Below, piece by piece: positions 41,226-53,206 of a stretch of DNA of 64,000 nt. The stretch's first letter is position 1. The number at the start of each line of letters is the position of its first letter. The stretch comes from Chiloscyllium plagiosum. Its lineage: Eukaryota. The stretch is from the NCBI RefSeq assembly GCF_004010195.1, contig NC_057751.1, forward strand, positions 4,080,961 to 4,144,960, written 5' to 3'. The position numbers and the translations under genes were made by a program. The notes beneath the pieces are model-generated. The model made no database searches. It was not told where the DNA came from and was given only the letters and a program-made list of their open reading frames with translations.

Positions 41226-41812
41226 CAGGAAATTACGTGGATCTTTTTTTCTTTATGCTCCCTTTACATGGAAAACCTTTCAGTTGTTAGATTCTCCAAC
41301 CACCACCCCAGTGAAGAACTGGCTGAGCAAATTGGAATGACTCGTGGCTTAGAGACTTAGAATTTGTCTTTGGGATGTGGTATACTCTAATTTCTTGAAC
41401 TATAGGACTGCATAATTCACTTTTTTGCTCAATGACTGCAGCTGTGTTGTGTTTCTTTTTAACTTTACACTTTGTTCCTTTCAAAGTGCATCTGAGATGT
41501 TTCAGTTACTGGATCTCAGATGTATTTTGCTTGTGCTGCAGATCTATCCCACTCTGTCCGAGTATCATGAACGACAATACAGATTAACCGAGGCACCTGC
41601 ATGGTTACAATATTGATTTGTACTTCATATTTAGAAAATCTGGATTTAAGTAATATTTTATACACAGTCATAATTCTCAAACATGGCGATTTGATGCTTC
41701 CAACAAGTTTTACATTTTCGGCCTTTCAAGCAGTGAGAGAAAATGAGAAGACGTAAGTGGTAGTTTTGAGTTAATTTTGTTGAGCTCACATTATGGCTTT
41801 ATTCATTCACAG

Positions 41813-42804
41813 GCCAATACGACACAATGAGATTTTGCCTCCAGAAAAAGGTCGTGAGGTCGCCAAAGAATTGGGAATCCCCTATTATGAAACCAGCGTG
41901 GTGGCCCAATTTGGCATTAAAGATGTCTTCGATAATGCCATCAGAGCTGCCTTAATTTCCAGGCGGCACCTCCAGTTCTGGAAGTCACATCTGAGGAATG
42001 TTCAAAAGCCTTTACTCCAGGCCCCATTTCTGCCTCCCAAGCCACCTCCCCCCATCATCACTGTCCCAGATCCCCCCAAGACCAATGAAGAGCATCCCGC
42101 CCACTTATTGGCCAATCCTCTTTGTGCAGATGTCATCCTGGTGCTTCAAGACAAGGTTAAAATCTACGCCCACAAGATTTATCTGTCTACCTCCTCCTCT
42201 AAATTTTATGACTTGTTTCTAATGGACCTCAATGAAGAGCCAGAGTCTGGCAGTGAAAGAGCAGTGAGCCACAATGACAGGCAGGGCAGGGAACACTTAA
42301 TGAGAGCTGCTAGTTTTGATGTCAGTGAAAGTACAGATGAAGTTCCAACCACCCAACCATTATCCAATCTTCGAGCCTCTACCAGTGATGGTATCTTGAA
42401 ACTGAATGCCTGTGATCACAGTGCAAGAGCAAAAGCATGGCTCAAAAGAAGAAAGATATTATCGACGTGGAGCAAAGCTTTTATCAGCATCCAGGAAGAG
42501 ATGGCTGAAGATCCCATCACGCTGAACAATCGGCTGATGACTGTTGTCAGGATGGACTACTCTGTTCACCCTGATGCGTTCAGTGCTGTCATGCATTACT
42601 TGTACACTGGCCAGCTGGATGAGAATGAGAAGGAGCTGATGCAGATAGCCCACATTGCAGAGCTGCTGGAGGTTTTTGACCTGCGTATGATGGTCGCCAA
42701 TATTTTAAACAATGAGGCCTTCATGAACCAAGAGATTACCAAAGCATTCCACGTGAGGAGGGCAAACCGTGTCAAAGAATGCCTTGCCAAGGGGACCTTC
42801 TCAG
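41813..42804 (+). CDS. RHOBTB2: RhoBTB2 coding exon 4 (end of GTPase, proline-rich region, split BTB1)
   Basis: [29 protein letters not shown]...PPKPPPP...CADVILVL...[17 protein letters not shown]...[11 protein letters not shown]. cag| acceptor, |gtaaac donor, 992 nt, phase-consistent. Confidence 0.98.
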
Positions 42805-43117
42805 GTAAACCTGTTTGGTGTGCTTTCAATGTGTGTTTCAAAATACAGCAAAAAAACCCTGTAAATCTGAAAATGTAAACTCCAGTCTGCCCAGACCAGT
42901 CATCTCGTAGCTTCCTTGGTTTTGTGTTGTTTCTGTCCCCAGTTCAACAGTGTTTAGCCAGTCAATATATTTGAAATGGCAATTTAATCAGAGGACCTGA
43001 GGCAGTGCATGGATGAACATTGATCAGAAACAATGATTTATAATCATAACCCTAACTTCAGTTCCATATCTTAGCAAAATAACACTGTTTCTTTTGTTTT
43101 ATACCTTCGGGACAAAT

Positions 43118-43435
43118 ATTAGACTAGATTACATTACAGTGTGGAAACAGGCCCTTCGGCCCAACAAGTCCACACAGACCCGCCGAAGCGCAACCCACCC
43201 ATGCCCCTACATTTACCCCTTACCTAACACTACGGGCAATTTAGCATGGCCAATTCACCTAACCTGCACATCTTTGGACTGTGGGAGGAAACCGGAGCAC
43301 CCGGAAGAAACCCACGCAGATACGGGGAGAACGTGCAAACTCCACACAGTCAGTCGCCTGAGGCGGGAATTGAACCTGGGGCTCAGGCGCTGTGAGGCAG
43401 CAGTGCTAACCACCGTGCCACCCACATTGCCGCCC
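43118..43435 (-). mobile_element. Full-length HE1-like V-SINE
   Basis: Highly similar reverse complement of 20923-21244. Confidence 0.9.
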
Positions 43436-43534
43436 ACATTCAGGCTGTTAAGTCCTCTGCCTACAAGGTTTCTGAGGCAGAGGCTTGAGAGTTTTTGACT
43501 TAGAAAACTTGCTTTCCATTTCTTCAGCATTATT

Positions 43535-43830
43535 CCTCACGGCGCCAGGGACCACTGTCTGTTTGGAGTTTGCACATTCTCCTTAAGTCAGTGTGGGTTT
43601 CCTCTGTATGCTCTGGTTTCCTCCCAAAGTCCAAAGATGTGCACCTTAGTTGGATTGGCCATGCTAAATTGTCCATTGTGCAGAGATGTGCAGGCTATAT
43701 GGGTTAGCCATGGGAAATGGAGGGTAATAGGAAAGGGGTGGGGGTAGGTGTAAGTGGGATGCTGTTCAGAGAATCAGTGTAAACTTGATAGACTGAATGG
43801 CCTGCTTCCACACTGTAAGGATTCTGTGAT
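43535..43830 (+). mobile_element. Diverged V-SINE
   Basis: ggagtttgcacattctcc...gtccaaagatgtgca V-domain and a degraded tail. Confidence 0.7.
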
Positions 43831-43938
43831 TGATGAGCTGACAGATGCTCACAGCATTGAGTGTGTTGAAGATATGCATTGTTGAAACTTTATTGCTGGA
43901 ACAGCACAGCAGGTCAGGCAGCATCCAGGGAACAGGAC

Positions 43939-43974
43939 ATTCGACGTTTCGGGCACAGGCCCTTCTTCAGGAAT
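43939..43974 (-). ncRNA. Minimal hammerhead ribozyme motif
   Basis: Minus strand reads ATTC-CTGAAGA-A-GGGC-CTGT-GCCC-GAA-ACGT-C-GAAT, with a perfect 4-bp stem I and stem II. Confidence 0.7.
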
Positions 43975-44173
43975 CTTCTTCAGGCCATTCAGTATTCTGT
44001 ATGTTACAATTAGATTCCCCCTCATCCTTCTGAACTGAGTATAGATGCAAAGTCTCCAAAGTTCTTCATATTCCAGCTTTTCATTCTTGGGACCATTCTC
44101 ATGAACCTTCTCTGAACATGCTCCAAGATTAGTACATCCTTCCTGAGATATGGGGCGCAAAACCGCATACAAT

Positions 44174-44209
44174 ACTCCTGAAGAAGGGCCTGTGCCCGAA
44201 ACGTCGAAT
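44174..44209 (+). ncRNA. Minimal hammerhead ribozyme motif
   Basis: actc-CTGAAGA-A-GGGC-CTGT-GCCC-GAA-ACGT-C-gaat. The 5' strand of stem I is altered at the capture junction. Confidence 0.6.
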
Positions 44210-44429
44210 CTCCTGTTCCCTGGATGCTGCCTGACCTGCTGTGCTGTTCCAGCAATAAAGTTTCAACTTTGATCTCCAGCATCTGCAGACCTCACTTTCT
44301 CCTCGAAGATATGCATTGCTCCAGTGTTCTATTTTGATTATGTTTTTATGGAATGATGCCAGTTTAATGGGAAGGTGTTTCTCTGTACAGAGGTGTGTGT
44401 ACTTGGCTGATGCTGCACTGAACATAAAG

Positions 44430-45012
44430 CAGGGATGTACCTCTAAGGTTCTGGAAGGCTCTGGTCAGACCACATTTGGAGTATTGTATGCGGTTTTGCG
44501 CCCCATATCTCAGGAAGGATGTACTAATCTTGGAGCATGTTCAGAGAAGGTTCATGAGAATGGTCCCAAGAATGAAAAGCTGGAATATGAAGAACTTTGG
44601 AGACTTTGCATCTATACTCAGTTCAGAAGGATGAGGGGGAATCTAATTGTAACATACAGAATACTGAATGGCCTAGACAGAGTAGATTTTGGGAAGATGT
44701 TTCCATTGGGAGGAAAGACAAGGACCTGAGGGCACAGACTGAGAGGAAAGGGAAGACTTTCGGAACAGCGATAAGGAGAAACCTCTTCAGCCAGAGAGTG
44801 GGGAATCTATGGTATTCACTGCCACAGAAGGCTGTGGAGGTCGGGTCATTGAGTATATTTAAGACTGAGATAGATAGGTTCTTGAGTATCAAGGGGATCA
44901 AGTGTTATGGGGAAAAAGCGGGAGAATGGGGTTGAGAAACTTATCAGCCATGATTGAATGGTGGAGCAGAGTCAATGGGCTGAATGGCCTCAATTCTGCT
45001 CCTGTGTCTTAT
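44430..45012 (+). mobile_element. CR1-type LINE 3' fragment (donor of the captured segment)
   Basis: LVRPHLEYCMRFCAPYLRKDV, RRMRGNLIVTYRILNGLDRV, FSQRVGNLWYSLPQKAVE, then the tail. Confidence 0.85.
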
Positions 45013-45221
45013 GCTCTGACAAATCTGAGAATGCTGATCTCGTGAATCTGGATGCTCACTTTGGACGCGGTTGGGGGCTTTGGTGGGGCAGTCATTGATC
45101 AAAACAATCCGACAATTGGGGGCCTGAAAGAGGCCTGGTTCCACTGCTTATAGATGGAGGAGTGTGTGTTGTACCTCACACTGCAAAGCAATTTCTTTGT
45201 GGCCTGTAACATTTTAATCAC

Positions 45222-45316
45222 ATTCCTGAAGAAGGGTTTTTGCCTGGAATGTCAACTGTCCTGCTCCTTGGATGCCGCCTTACCTACTGTTCTTTTCCAG
45301 CACCACACTTTTTGAC
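45222..45316 (+). mobile_element. Single degenerate PLE-terminus arm
   Basis: attcctgaagaagggtttttgcc...ttttccagcaccacactttttgac. Confidence 0.65.
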
Positions 45317-45895
45317 CGTAACATTTTAATGTTCATAATGGGCTCATCATGACGAACTGCAGCTGCCCAACATAGCGACTGCCTCTCAAGCAGGATGCCT
45401 AGGTCGCTGTGTCCGTGAAAAATTGTTTCTTCCCAATAATATAAGCTGAGTGCAGAACGCAACATAGCAGAACTGTGCAGGTTCAAAGCCCAGAGTACAT
45501 CATGATGTTGAATACACTGATTGAGCTAAGATTGATGACTGTTTGGTTTCAGTGGTGTAAATCTGGCCACTGTTTATCTCAGCAGGATTTTTTTTTGCAA
45601 TGAAGGCTGTTCAGCTGCTTTGATTGTCACCCTGCAAAACATCAGCCTCGCCAACTCCTTATTGCATTGTCAGATAGGGTTAGGGGTAATAAAATTAATG
45701 CAAAGTTGCCATGTCAATCTTGTGTCTTCCTTTTAACTTCTTGTTGATGATGAGCCTCGATGCCAGGATAAAACTAAAATTGCCCTTCACAATCTTGAGG
45801 AAAGCACAGCAGGTCAGGCATCATCACAATCTTGAGCCTGTTCCCTTTAATCACCTTTTGAAAGAAGCTGACAATGTTATCCTGACTTCACTTAC

Positions 45896-46147
45896 TATAG
45901 TTACAAATCACACAGCACCAGGTTATAGTCCAACAGGTTTAATTGGAAGCACACTAGCTTTCGGAGCGACGCTCCTTCGTCAGGTGATTGTGGAGGGCTC
46001 GATTGTAACACAGAATTTATCGCACAATTCTGTGTTACGATCGAGCCCTCCACAATCACCTGATGAAGGAGCGTCGCTCCGAAAGCTAGTGTGCTTCCAA
46101 TTAAACCTGTTGGACTATAACCTGGTGTTGTGTGATTTTTAACTATA
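45896..46147. mobile_element. Near-perfect 252-bp hairpin element, second PLE-terminus family
   Basis: Arms 45896-46017 and 46026-46147 (122 bp each, few mismatches) with the 8-nt loop tatcgcac. Each arm carries a hammerhead core. Confidence 0.9.
46057..46091 (+). ncRNA. Minimal hammerhead ribozyme motif (mirror copy on the - strand at 45952-45986)
   Basis: CAC-CTGATGA-A-GGAGC-GTC-GCTCC-GAA-AGCT-A-GTG. Stem I CAC/GTG, 5-bp stem II, palindromic AGCU stem III, CUA triplet. Confidence 0.7.
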
Positions 46148-49100
46148 ATCTAACAGGTATTGTAGACCTCAGCCCTAAGTCCCTGTGTCTCTTCCTGAGG
46201 TGGAAGGCAAACTTGGCAATGTGTTTCTTCCTGTTAGCCTTGCATCACTGCAAATGAACCTTGATTCCTAACTCCTAGTGTGAGTAGTCAGCTTGGATGT
46301 TGGATATGACTGTGATGCAAACCTCCAAATAAAATTGTGTTTAGTAATTAGAGTCCAAGAATACGTGACAAGAATGAACCTTGACAGTTGATGCCTTGTG
46401 CATGACGTTTACAATATGATTTTGGAGACAGGTAGTGCTGGATTAAAGTCTATTCTTGGTTGTGAAATGAGAATGAGACATGCAAATTGAGATGCAGATA
46501 AGTGATGATATAAAACAGTTGCAGAACAGCCTCAAGGAGATGAAATGTCTTCTTGCATACTTCAAGGCCAATCACAGATTTGTCTTTTCACCTTTGCACT
46601 TTAAGTATGGATTCAATCCAGACTGGTGAGCCAATTTTACTTTTTAAAAAAAAAAAAGGATATTTGGCACAGACATAAAATTAAAAATACGAGCACAGGA
46701 ATTGGTTTATTGTGTTTTGAGCAAAGAGTAAAGTTGGGATGATTACTCAGACTCATCTGAACGTCAAGTAACATAGTAACTCTGACTGTAACTGTAAGAG
46801 ACATTCTGAAATCCAATTGCCAACTCAGCAGAAACACCTTAACCCAGAGAGTAGAGGGAACAAGGAGTGGATGAGGAATGAACAGGAGGCTAGATAATCA
46901 CATGCTGGAGAATGGAATAGAAGGATACGTTGACAGAGTGAGTTGAAAAGGAATGACAGGAGGCTCGTGTGGATTGTAAAAACCAGTTGGGTTGTATGGC
47001 CTGTTTCTTTACATTACATTGGACGGGTATATTGGGTGTTTGAGAATTTCAGTTTTGGGGTGTCCAAAAAGCTTTATTCTAAACCACTTAGATTCTTCAA
47101 GTTGAGAAGCACCAACACTCGACTCCCCTATCAGAAATTCACCTGTTGTTCTAATTAAAGAAAGTTGCTACTAAGTTCAATGATCACGGGAAGAAGATGT
47201 AACTGGAAAGCATTTTATTGAATTGATATGAGAGCAGCTGAAGTACTCAGTGGCTTTTCACAGAGGAACATGTGTTTCACTTCAATGATTGAGAATTAAC
47301 CAGAATGTACAGATAACCTGTTAACATTGCCTGTTGACACGTTTGTGCAAGTAACAGATGGCAGACGTGAATGGAACATAATTAAATCCACAATGGCTTC
47401 TTTTCATATATTTCCTTGGGTTGGGATGTTTGGTCCTTTTCCCGAAGTTTCACACACTGGATGCAATTCACACACACCGACTGCTGCAAACAGTTAAAAG
47501 TTTAATAAAGCTTGTACAAGCTAGGTGACACCTCTGATACTCTTCGCAGGCATGCAAAGTTGAGTCAGAAGAGAGACCCCGAATAAAGTAAACAATCCCC
47601 TTTATATAGGTCAGTTGGCAATGCTTCCAGATAGTCTGGCCACTCCCCCACAGTCACATGCCATTCAAGACAACCCCCAGCCTCCCAGTCATATGTTACC
47701 CCAGGTGCAATGGTCAGATGAGATCATCCTCTGAGTTAATGCAAATGCTAATGTCCTCATCCTGTGGAATCGTTTTGCAGACTATTTTCTGACTTGGTGA
47801 TTTCCCAAGACAATGTCGGTGTGATGTGTCCTAGCTTCGGGTGGCCCTGCAAATGAGTTCTGGCTCCTGCTGCTTCCTCACATGATGTTGGTGTGGTGGG
47901 CTGCAGTGATGATCATGCAAGTGAACCTGATTGGCTGGGGATGGCTATGAAAGTATGGAATAGATTAAATAATAGTTTAATTTGATTAAGGTAGGGGGGA
48001 GTAGTAGCAAATGACTGTCTAATTGGAGTGGGAATCATTCGCATTCCTGTCTGTCTGTCATCCCCAGCCACTTCCAGAATGTTCACTCAGTGTAGTTTAA
48101 TCCTTTAATATTACCTTAATGTCCAGAGGTATATTTCCATTTAATCTTTTAAAATTGCAGGGAAACAGTCTGCTCGGTCAACAGAAATGATCACAGTTCC
48201 CAGTTTAGAAAGTTGCATATTTTAGTCCAACACTTTCTTAACAATGCACTTTGAGGTTGCTCATAATTTTCAGGTGTGAATCCTCACTTCTCAGCCGAAT
48301 TGAAACGTTCGGATGCTCAATCCAGCTCTATTGCTTTTCTCCATTTTCTCTCCCTGGAAGATTGACTGACTGTGCTTCGAAATTGTGCTGAAGGTATATC
48401 CGGGAAATTATTTGCATTCCTCTGACAATTTAATTTTGTACACATGAAAGGGATTTGTCACAGAGCTGGCTCTGTTCTTTTGTCTGTCATGAAAGGATTA
48501 TGTGTAGGCAAAAGTTCACGGAGTTCTCATCACAATCAAGAAACCGAGTTTGGAAGAAAGGTTTCCATACTGTTCCTTTAAAATATTCAGAAATAAAACT
48601 TTTAGGTAATAGTGACTGACAGCTCATTGGGTGCAACCTAGGTGTTGTTTATCTAGTTCCACATTCAGCTGCCAGTCCTATTTGAAACTTGGGTGCCTTG
48701 ACTGAGCTTGAGTCAGTGAGCAGAGCTTCAAAACCTATGGGTTTCATTAACCAGAGCCATGCAATGAGTAAAGGAGCTGCTCTCTTGTCAGCCTTGGTAA
48801 TTCCACACACTCCCAGCATTTCAATCGGATGTACTGATTCCTTCTCCAGCATTATGTTCTTGCCAAAGTGAATAAGTTAAAGCAATTTTACAAGAGACAT
48901 CTTTTTTTTTCCACCGGACAAGTGCGGTGTCAGGATCCAGTGAGGGTACAACAAAGATATTAAGAGTCTTAGCAGACATCAATTAGATGGTCAGACGAGA
49001 TAAGACAAGATTTTTCTCTTGGGAGTGAGGAAATTAATTGGCTGAATCTTTGGTTATTTTTGGCTGAGTCCAATTTGTGTTGAATTTCTCGCGAGGATTC

Positions 49101-51190
49101 TGCCAGGATGTTGGGCAGATAAATTTCTGTTGGTCAAATCAGGCAAATGACGTTGCACTGTTTGGTTTTTAATCAGAAAGAGATTAAGGGGACAGGCAGT
49201 CACTTTGGCATTGCTATGGCGACAGCTTGACCAATTGAAATTTGCCAGCTGACACTGACAGTTAAGATTGACAGTTTACTGTTGTACTAATCAATCAGCA
49301 GCCTCTTCTCACGCTGCACAAATTGGTGTCCCTTTTTCTCAAGTCTTCGGTCGGTTGAGTGCAAGGTGAAAAGCTTTGACTTCGTGATTGCCTGTGACAG
49401 TACACAACTTAAACACTATCAAGCAATTTCTTTGCCAAAGTGCTTCTGCTGAATCAGTTGTGAAAGCAGATTCACAATATCTTTGTACTTTGGCCTATTT
49501 CTCCAGAGTCTTTAAGTGTGTTTAAGTGAACAGGAGTACAAGCCAAAGCATCTCGCGTTCTGTCCTGGAGCTATCAGATATTAATTAATGATTCTATTGC
49601 CTTGATCTTGACAATTTCCTCTGGTGTTGTTGCCAGGAAATGCAGACAGGAACACATCAGCTTAAAATAAGAACAAGTCAGGCCTAGTGAAAGCATGCTT
49701 CATGAAAGTCTTCAACTTTTCTACTCACAAAAACATGTTGGGGGTGGGAATGGATTGTGAATTTCAAAGCTCACTGATAAATTGTTTGCTAGAGAAAGGT
49801 TTTGAGGTCCGTGAAACCAAGGCAGGTCTATAAAGGTACAAAACAAATGACTGAATAAAACAAAAAGTGATTCTCATTCAGAGTCGACAAAGACTTGACT
49901 GGCCAAATGCTCTCCTTCTGTGCTGTTAAAATTATGTCATTCTGACAGATTGAGAGAGTAGATGACCTAATTAAATCCCAATATTCCAAAATTAAGAATT
50001 TCTAAATTCTGCAGTTCAAGCTACCCGAGTAAAAAATGATGTCTGTGTTCTTGATTGTATCAAGGGTTGCTTTGGAGATCAGAAATATTACTTTAAGGAT
50101 GTCAGGAGATGAAAAACTGGCTCAAAGGTAGCAGTGTGACAGCTCTTACCTGAATTTAGGAGGGATATAAAGAAACAGAGTCCCTCATGATGTGGAAAGG
50201 GCTGGGTATTCATTACTGTCTTGAAGAACATAGAGAAGCTCAATCTGGAAGATTCAACAGGGCACTGCCCCGGAAACATGCACAAAAAATAGAAACAAAA
50301 GCCACGCAGCGATCAGGACAAGTTTTATGTCTTGGCTCGCATTGAATAGGTGAAAGGATTAGTAGGTGATTTCATTTAGGATTACTGATCTGGGAATGTG
50401 TGTTCAAATTTGATTATATTGACATTTGAACCTAAGTCAATCTGGAATTAAAAGCTAGTCTCACGGCAACTGCATATCAATCGTCGTCTTAAAATGGGGT
50501 CACAGACAAATGTTGGTCATTCTATTTGTGAGCTTCTTGCAGAGATGGAGCAAGTTCATTGTTCATGATTGGATGCTGAGCACCAAGCTTAATTGTATAT
50601 CTTCCATTCAGAAACACTTTATCCAGTAATCCTTTGGTTGGGCAGCAGCCAATTGCTGTCATGATTTCTGACAGTCCTTAGTTTGGTTGGATCACTCGTC
50701 ATGTTCGAAGTTTCTGATGGCTTGTGTAACATATCCCACTGTGGTAAATTTCTCACCAGTCATTAGCAGCATCATGCTGTGCATTGTTCTGCAAGTTGGT
50801 GTCTTATTGCCTGAGGAATGAGGATCTCTGTCAATATTGCAGCACTTGTTTCGCTAACTCCCGTTCAGAAAGATATCTCCATGGCAACAACTTAAAGAAG
50901 AAAGATGTAAAGACACTGGGGAGAGTAAAAGATTTACAAGATTGATTCTGGGGTGAGAAATTGCAGTTATGAAGATAGATGGAAAAAGTTGGGGCTGCTT
51001 TCCTTGGCGAAGGTGGAGAGGGGGTTAGATAGAAGTAATTCAAATCATTCCAAATCAATATTAACGTTAAATCTGTCCAGCTGATGAAACAGATGCTTCA
51101 TGTTCTCTGAATTTGTTACAATTTGTGCAACTTTCAGAGACACAGATCATGTTGAAATTAGCCTTGTCTATTGTTCTTGTTTGCTGGCAG

Positions 51191-51309
51191 ATGTGGTTTT
51201 TAAGCTGGATGATGGGACAATCTGTGCACACAAGCCCCTGCTGATTTCTAGCTGCGATTGGATGGCTGCAATGTTCGGAGGTCCGTTCATGGAAAGCTCA
51301 ACTAAGGAG
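51191..51309 (+). CDS. RHOBTB2: RhoBTB2 coding exon 5 (start of BTB2)
   Basis: (D)[39 protein letters not shown]. cag| acceptor, |gtaagg donor, 119 nt. Confidence 0.97.
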
Positions 51310-52706
51310 GTAAGGAGACATCTGATGCTGTTTGTTGACATAATTTCGCATATTCAGGAATTGCTGATGCATCATGAAAGGGATTGATCGTGAAGCAAGA
51401 TGTTTGCTACGTATAGACACCCAAATCAAAGGCGCTCAAATACAGCATCAAAGACATTTACTTCAACTGCAGCTCATACTGAAAAACAGCTAGAGCCTGA
51501 GTTTAGTAACTTCCCGGAAAATTCAGCATGACATGGCATGGTGCATCAATCATTGTTGAAAGCAAATGTCATAGAAAATGTAAGTGCTAGCACTGCATTG
51601 AATTCTGCAGTGCAGCTGCAGTGTTAGGTCAGTAAATCTGGCAGTATGAAATGTCGAGGTTGCATTCAAATTGCAGTGCTCAGCGTTGGCCATGTGCAAC
51701 AGGCAGAAATGTCATTTGGTCACAATTTTGTGTTCATGTTAAAGGGACATGTCTTGCATCCCACACAGGGTCTCCAATAGAGTAGTTTGTTTCATCGAGA
51801 AACTGAAAATATACAAGAGAAATTTGGATGTATCACACCATTGCCAACGCTGATCAAATTTTGTTTCCTGTGCTGTGGCTCACAGAGTGCCTTCTTGTCT
51901 GAAGGTATAAAGAACTGTTTGACACTGGAAAATAATTGATTCACCAATTCTGTTACCGTTTGGTTCAGAAACATCTCTCTCATGTAACATTGAAAGAAAC
52001 CTGCCCATCTACAATGGAAGAGACCGCTGATCTCCCTGATCCTTCCTTGACTTTGGGTTTCCATATGCCATCTCCAGTCCTCACTCTTAGCTCACTCAAT
52101 GCTCCTCCACTCAAAACTTCCTATCTTTTTTTTGTCTAACCTGTAAACCAGCTAAAACGCATGCTCTCCTACCTTCCAGGTTTTATGCTGTTGAGATTAG
52201 GACTGACCGATTCTGAATCAAAATCTCAAAATTATGGCAATCCTTTCAACTAACCAATTGTACCACAGTGTTTAAACCAAAGCTTGCTATCTCAGTTATC
52301 CTCCCCTTCTTTCAACCTCAGTGCTGTTCTGAGCTTTAGCCCTTTCGCTACATTTCCTCAGTGACGACAGCCTGACCCTTTCCCATCAGCTTAGCAACAT
52401 TTGTAGTGTAAGTGTATGGAGGAGGAGGAGGCTCAACACGTATCTCCATCCTCAATGATGGAAGAGCTCAGCAGCTCAGTACAAAAGATAAGGCTGACCT
52501 TCAGCCAGAAGTTGCAAGTGGATGATTCACCTCGGCCTCCTCCAGTAGTCGCCAGTATTACAGATAGCAGTCTTCAGCCAATTCAACTCACTCCACATGC
52601 TATCAAGAAACAGTTGGAGACACTGAATACTGCAAAGGTTACAGGCTCTGACAACATTCTTCCAATTGTCCTAAAGAATTATGCTCCTGAACTTGCTGCT
52701 CCCCTG

Positions 52707-53206
52707 NNNNNNNNNNNNNNNNNNNNNNNNNNNNNNNNNNNNNNNNNNNNNNNNNNNNNNNNNNNNNNNNNNNNNNNNNNNNNNNNNNNNNNNNNNNNNN
52801 NNNNNNNNNNNNNNNNNNNNNNNNNNNNNNNNNNNNNNNNNNNNNNNNNNNNNNNNNNNNNNNNNNNNNNNNNNNNNNNNNNNNNNNNNNNNNNNNNNNN
52901 NNNNNNNNNNNNNNNNNNNNNNNNNNNNNNNNNNNNNNNNNNNNNNNNNNNNNNNNNNNNNNNNNNNNNNNNNNNNNNNNNNNNNNNNNNNNNNNNNNNN
53001 NNNNNNNNNNNNNNNNNNNNNNNNNNNNNNNNNNNNNNNNNNNNNNNNNNNNNNNNNNNNNNNNNNNNNNNNNNNNNNNNNNNNNNNNNNNNNNNNNNNN
53101 NNNNNNNNNNNNNNNNNNNNNNNNNNNNNNNNNNNNNNNNNNNNNNNNNNNNNNNNNNNNNNNNNNNNNNNNNNNNNNNNNNNNNNNNNNNNNNNNNNNN
53201 NNNNNN
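52707..53206. other. Assembly gap (500 N)
   Basis: Run of N inside an intron, next to a LINE fragment. The flanking exons join in phase with contiguous protein, so no coding exon needs to be missing. Confidence 0.99.

Larger units (their letters stand above)
43882..44304. mobile_element. Fold-back PLE-terminus element with 14-bp TSD, two hammerhead cores and a captured 197-bp local segment
   Basis: TSD gaagatatgcattg at 43868-43881 and 44305-44318. Arms 43882-43974 and 44176-44304. Internal 43982-44178 is the reverse complement of 44478-44674. Confidence 0.9.

Noticed and set aside
41793..42878. 361-aa ORF as a stand-alone gene
   Set aside because: It is RHOBTB2 coding exon 4 with intronic read-through at both ends.
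45896..46147. Pre-miRNA or DNA-transposon MITE interpretation of the hairpins
   Set aside because: The stems are too long and repetitive for a miRNA call. Asymmetric arms, variable 12-16 bp TSDs in the related family and hammerhead cores fit Penelope-type retroelement termini better than TIR transposons.
47420..48232. Possible solo LTR on the minus strand (TATATAA near 47605, ATTAAA near 47502, ...tccaaca end)
   Set aside because: No convincing matching terminus or TSD could be found by eye.
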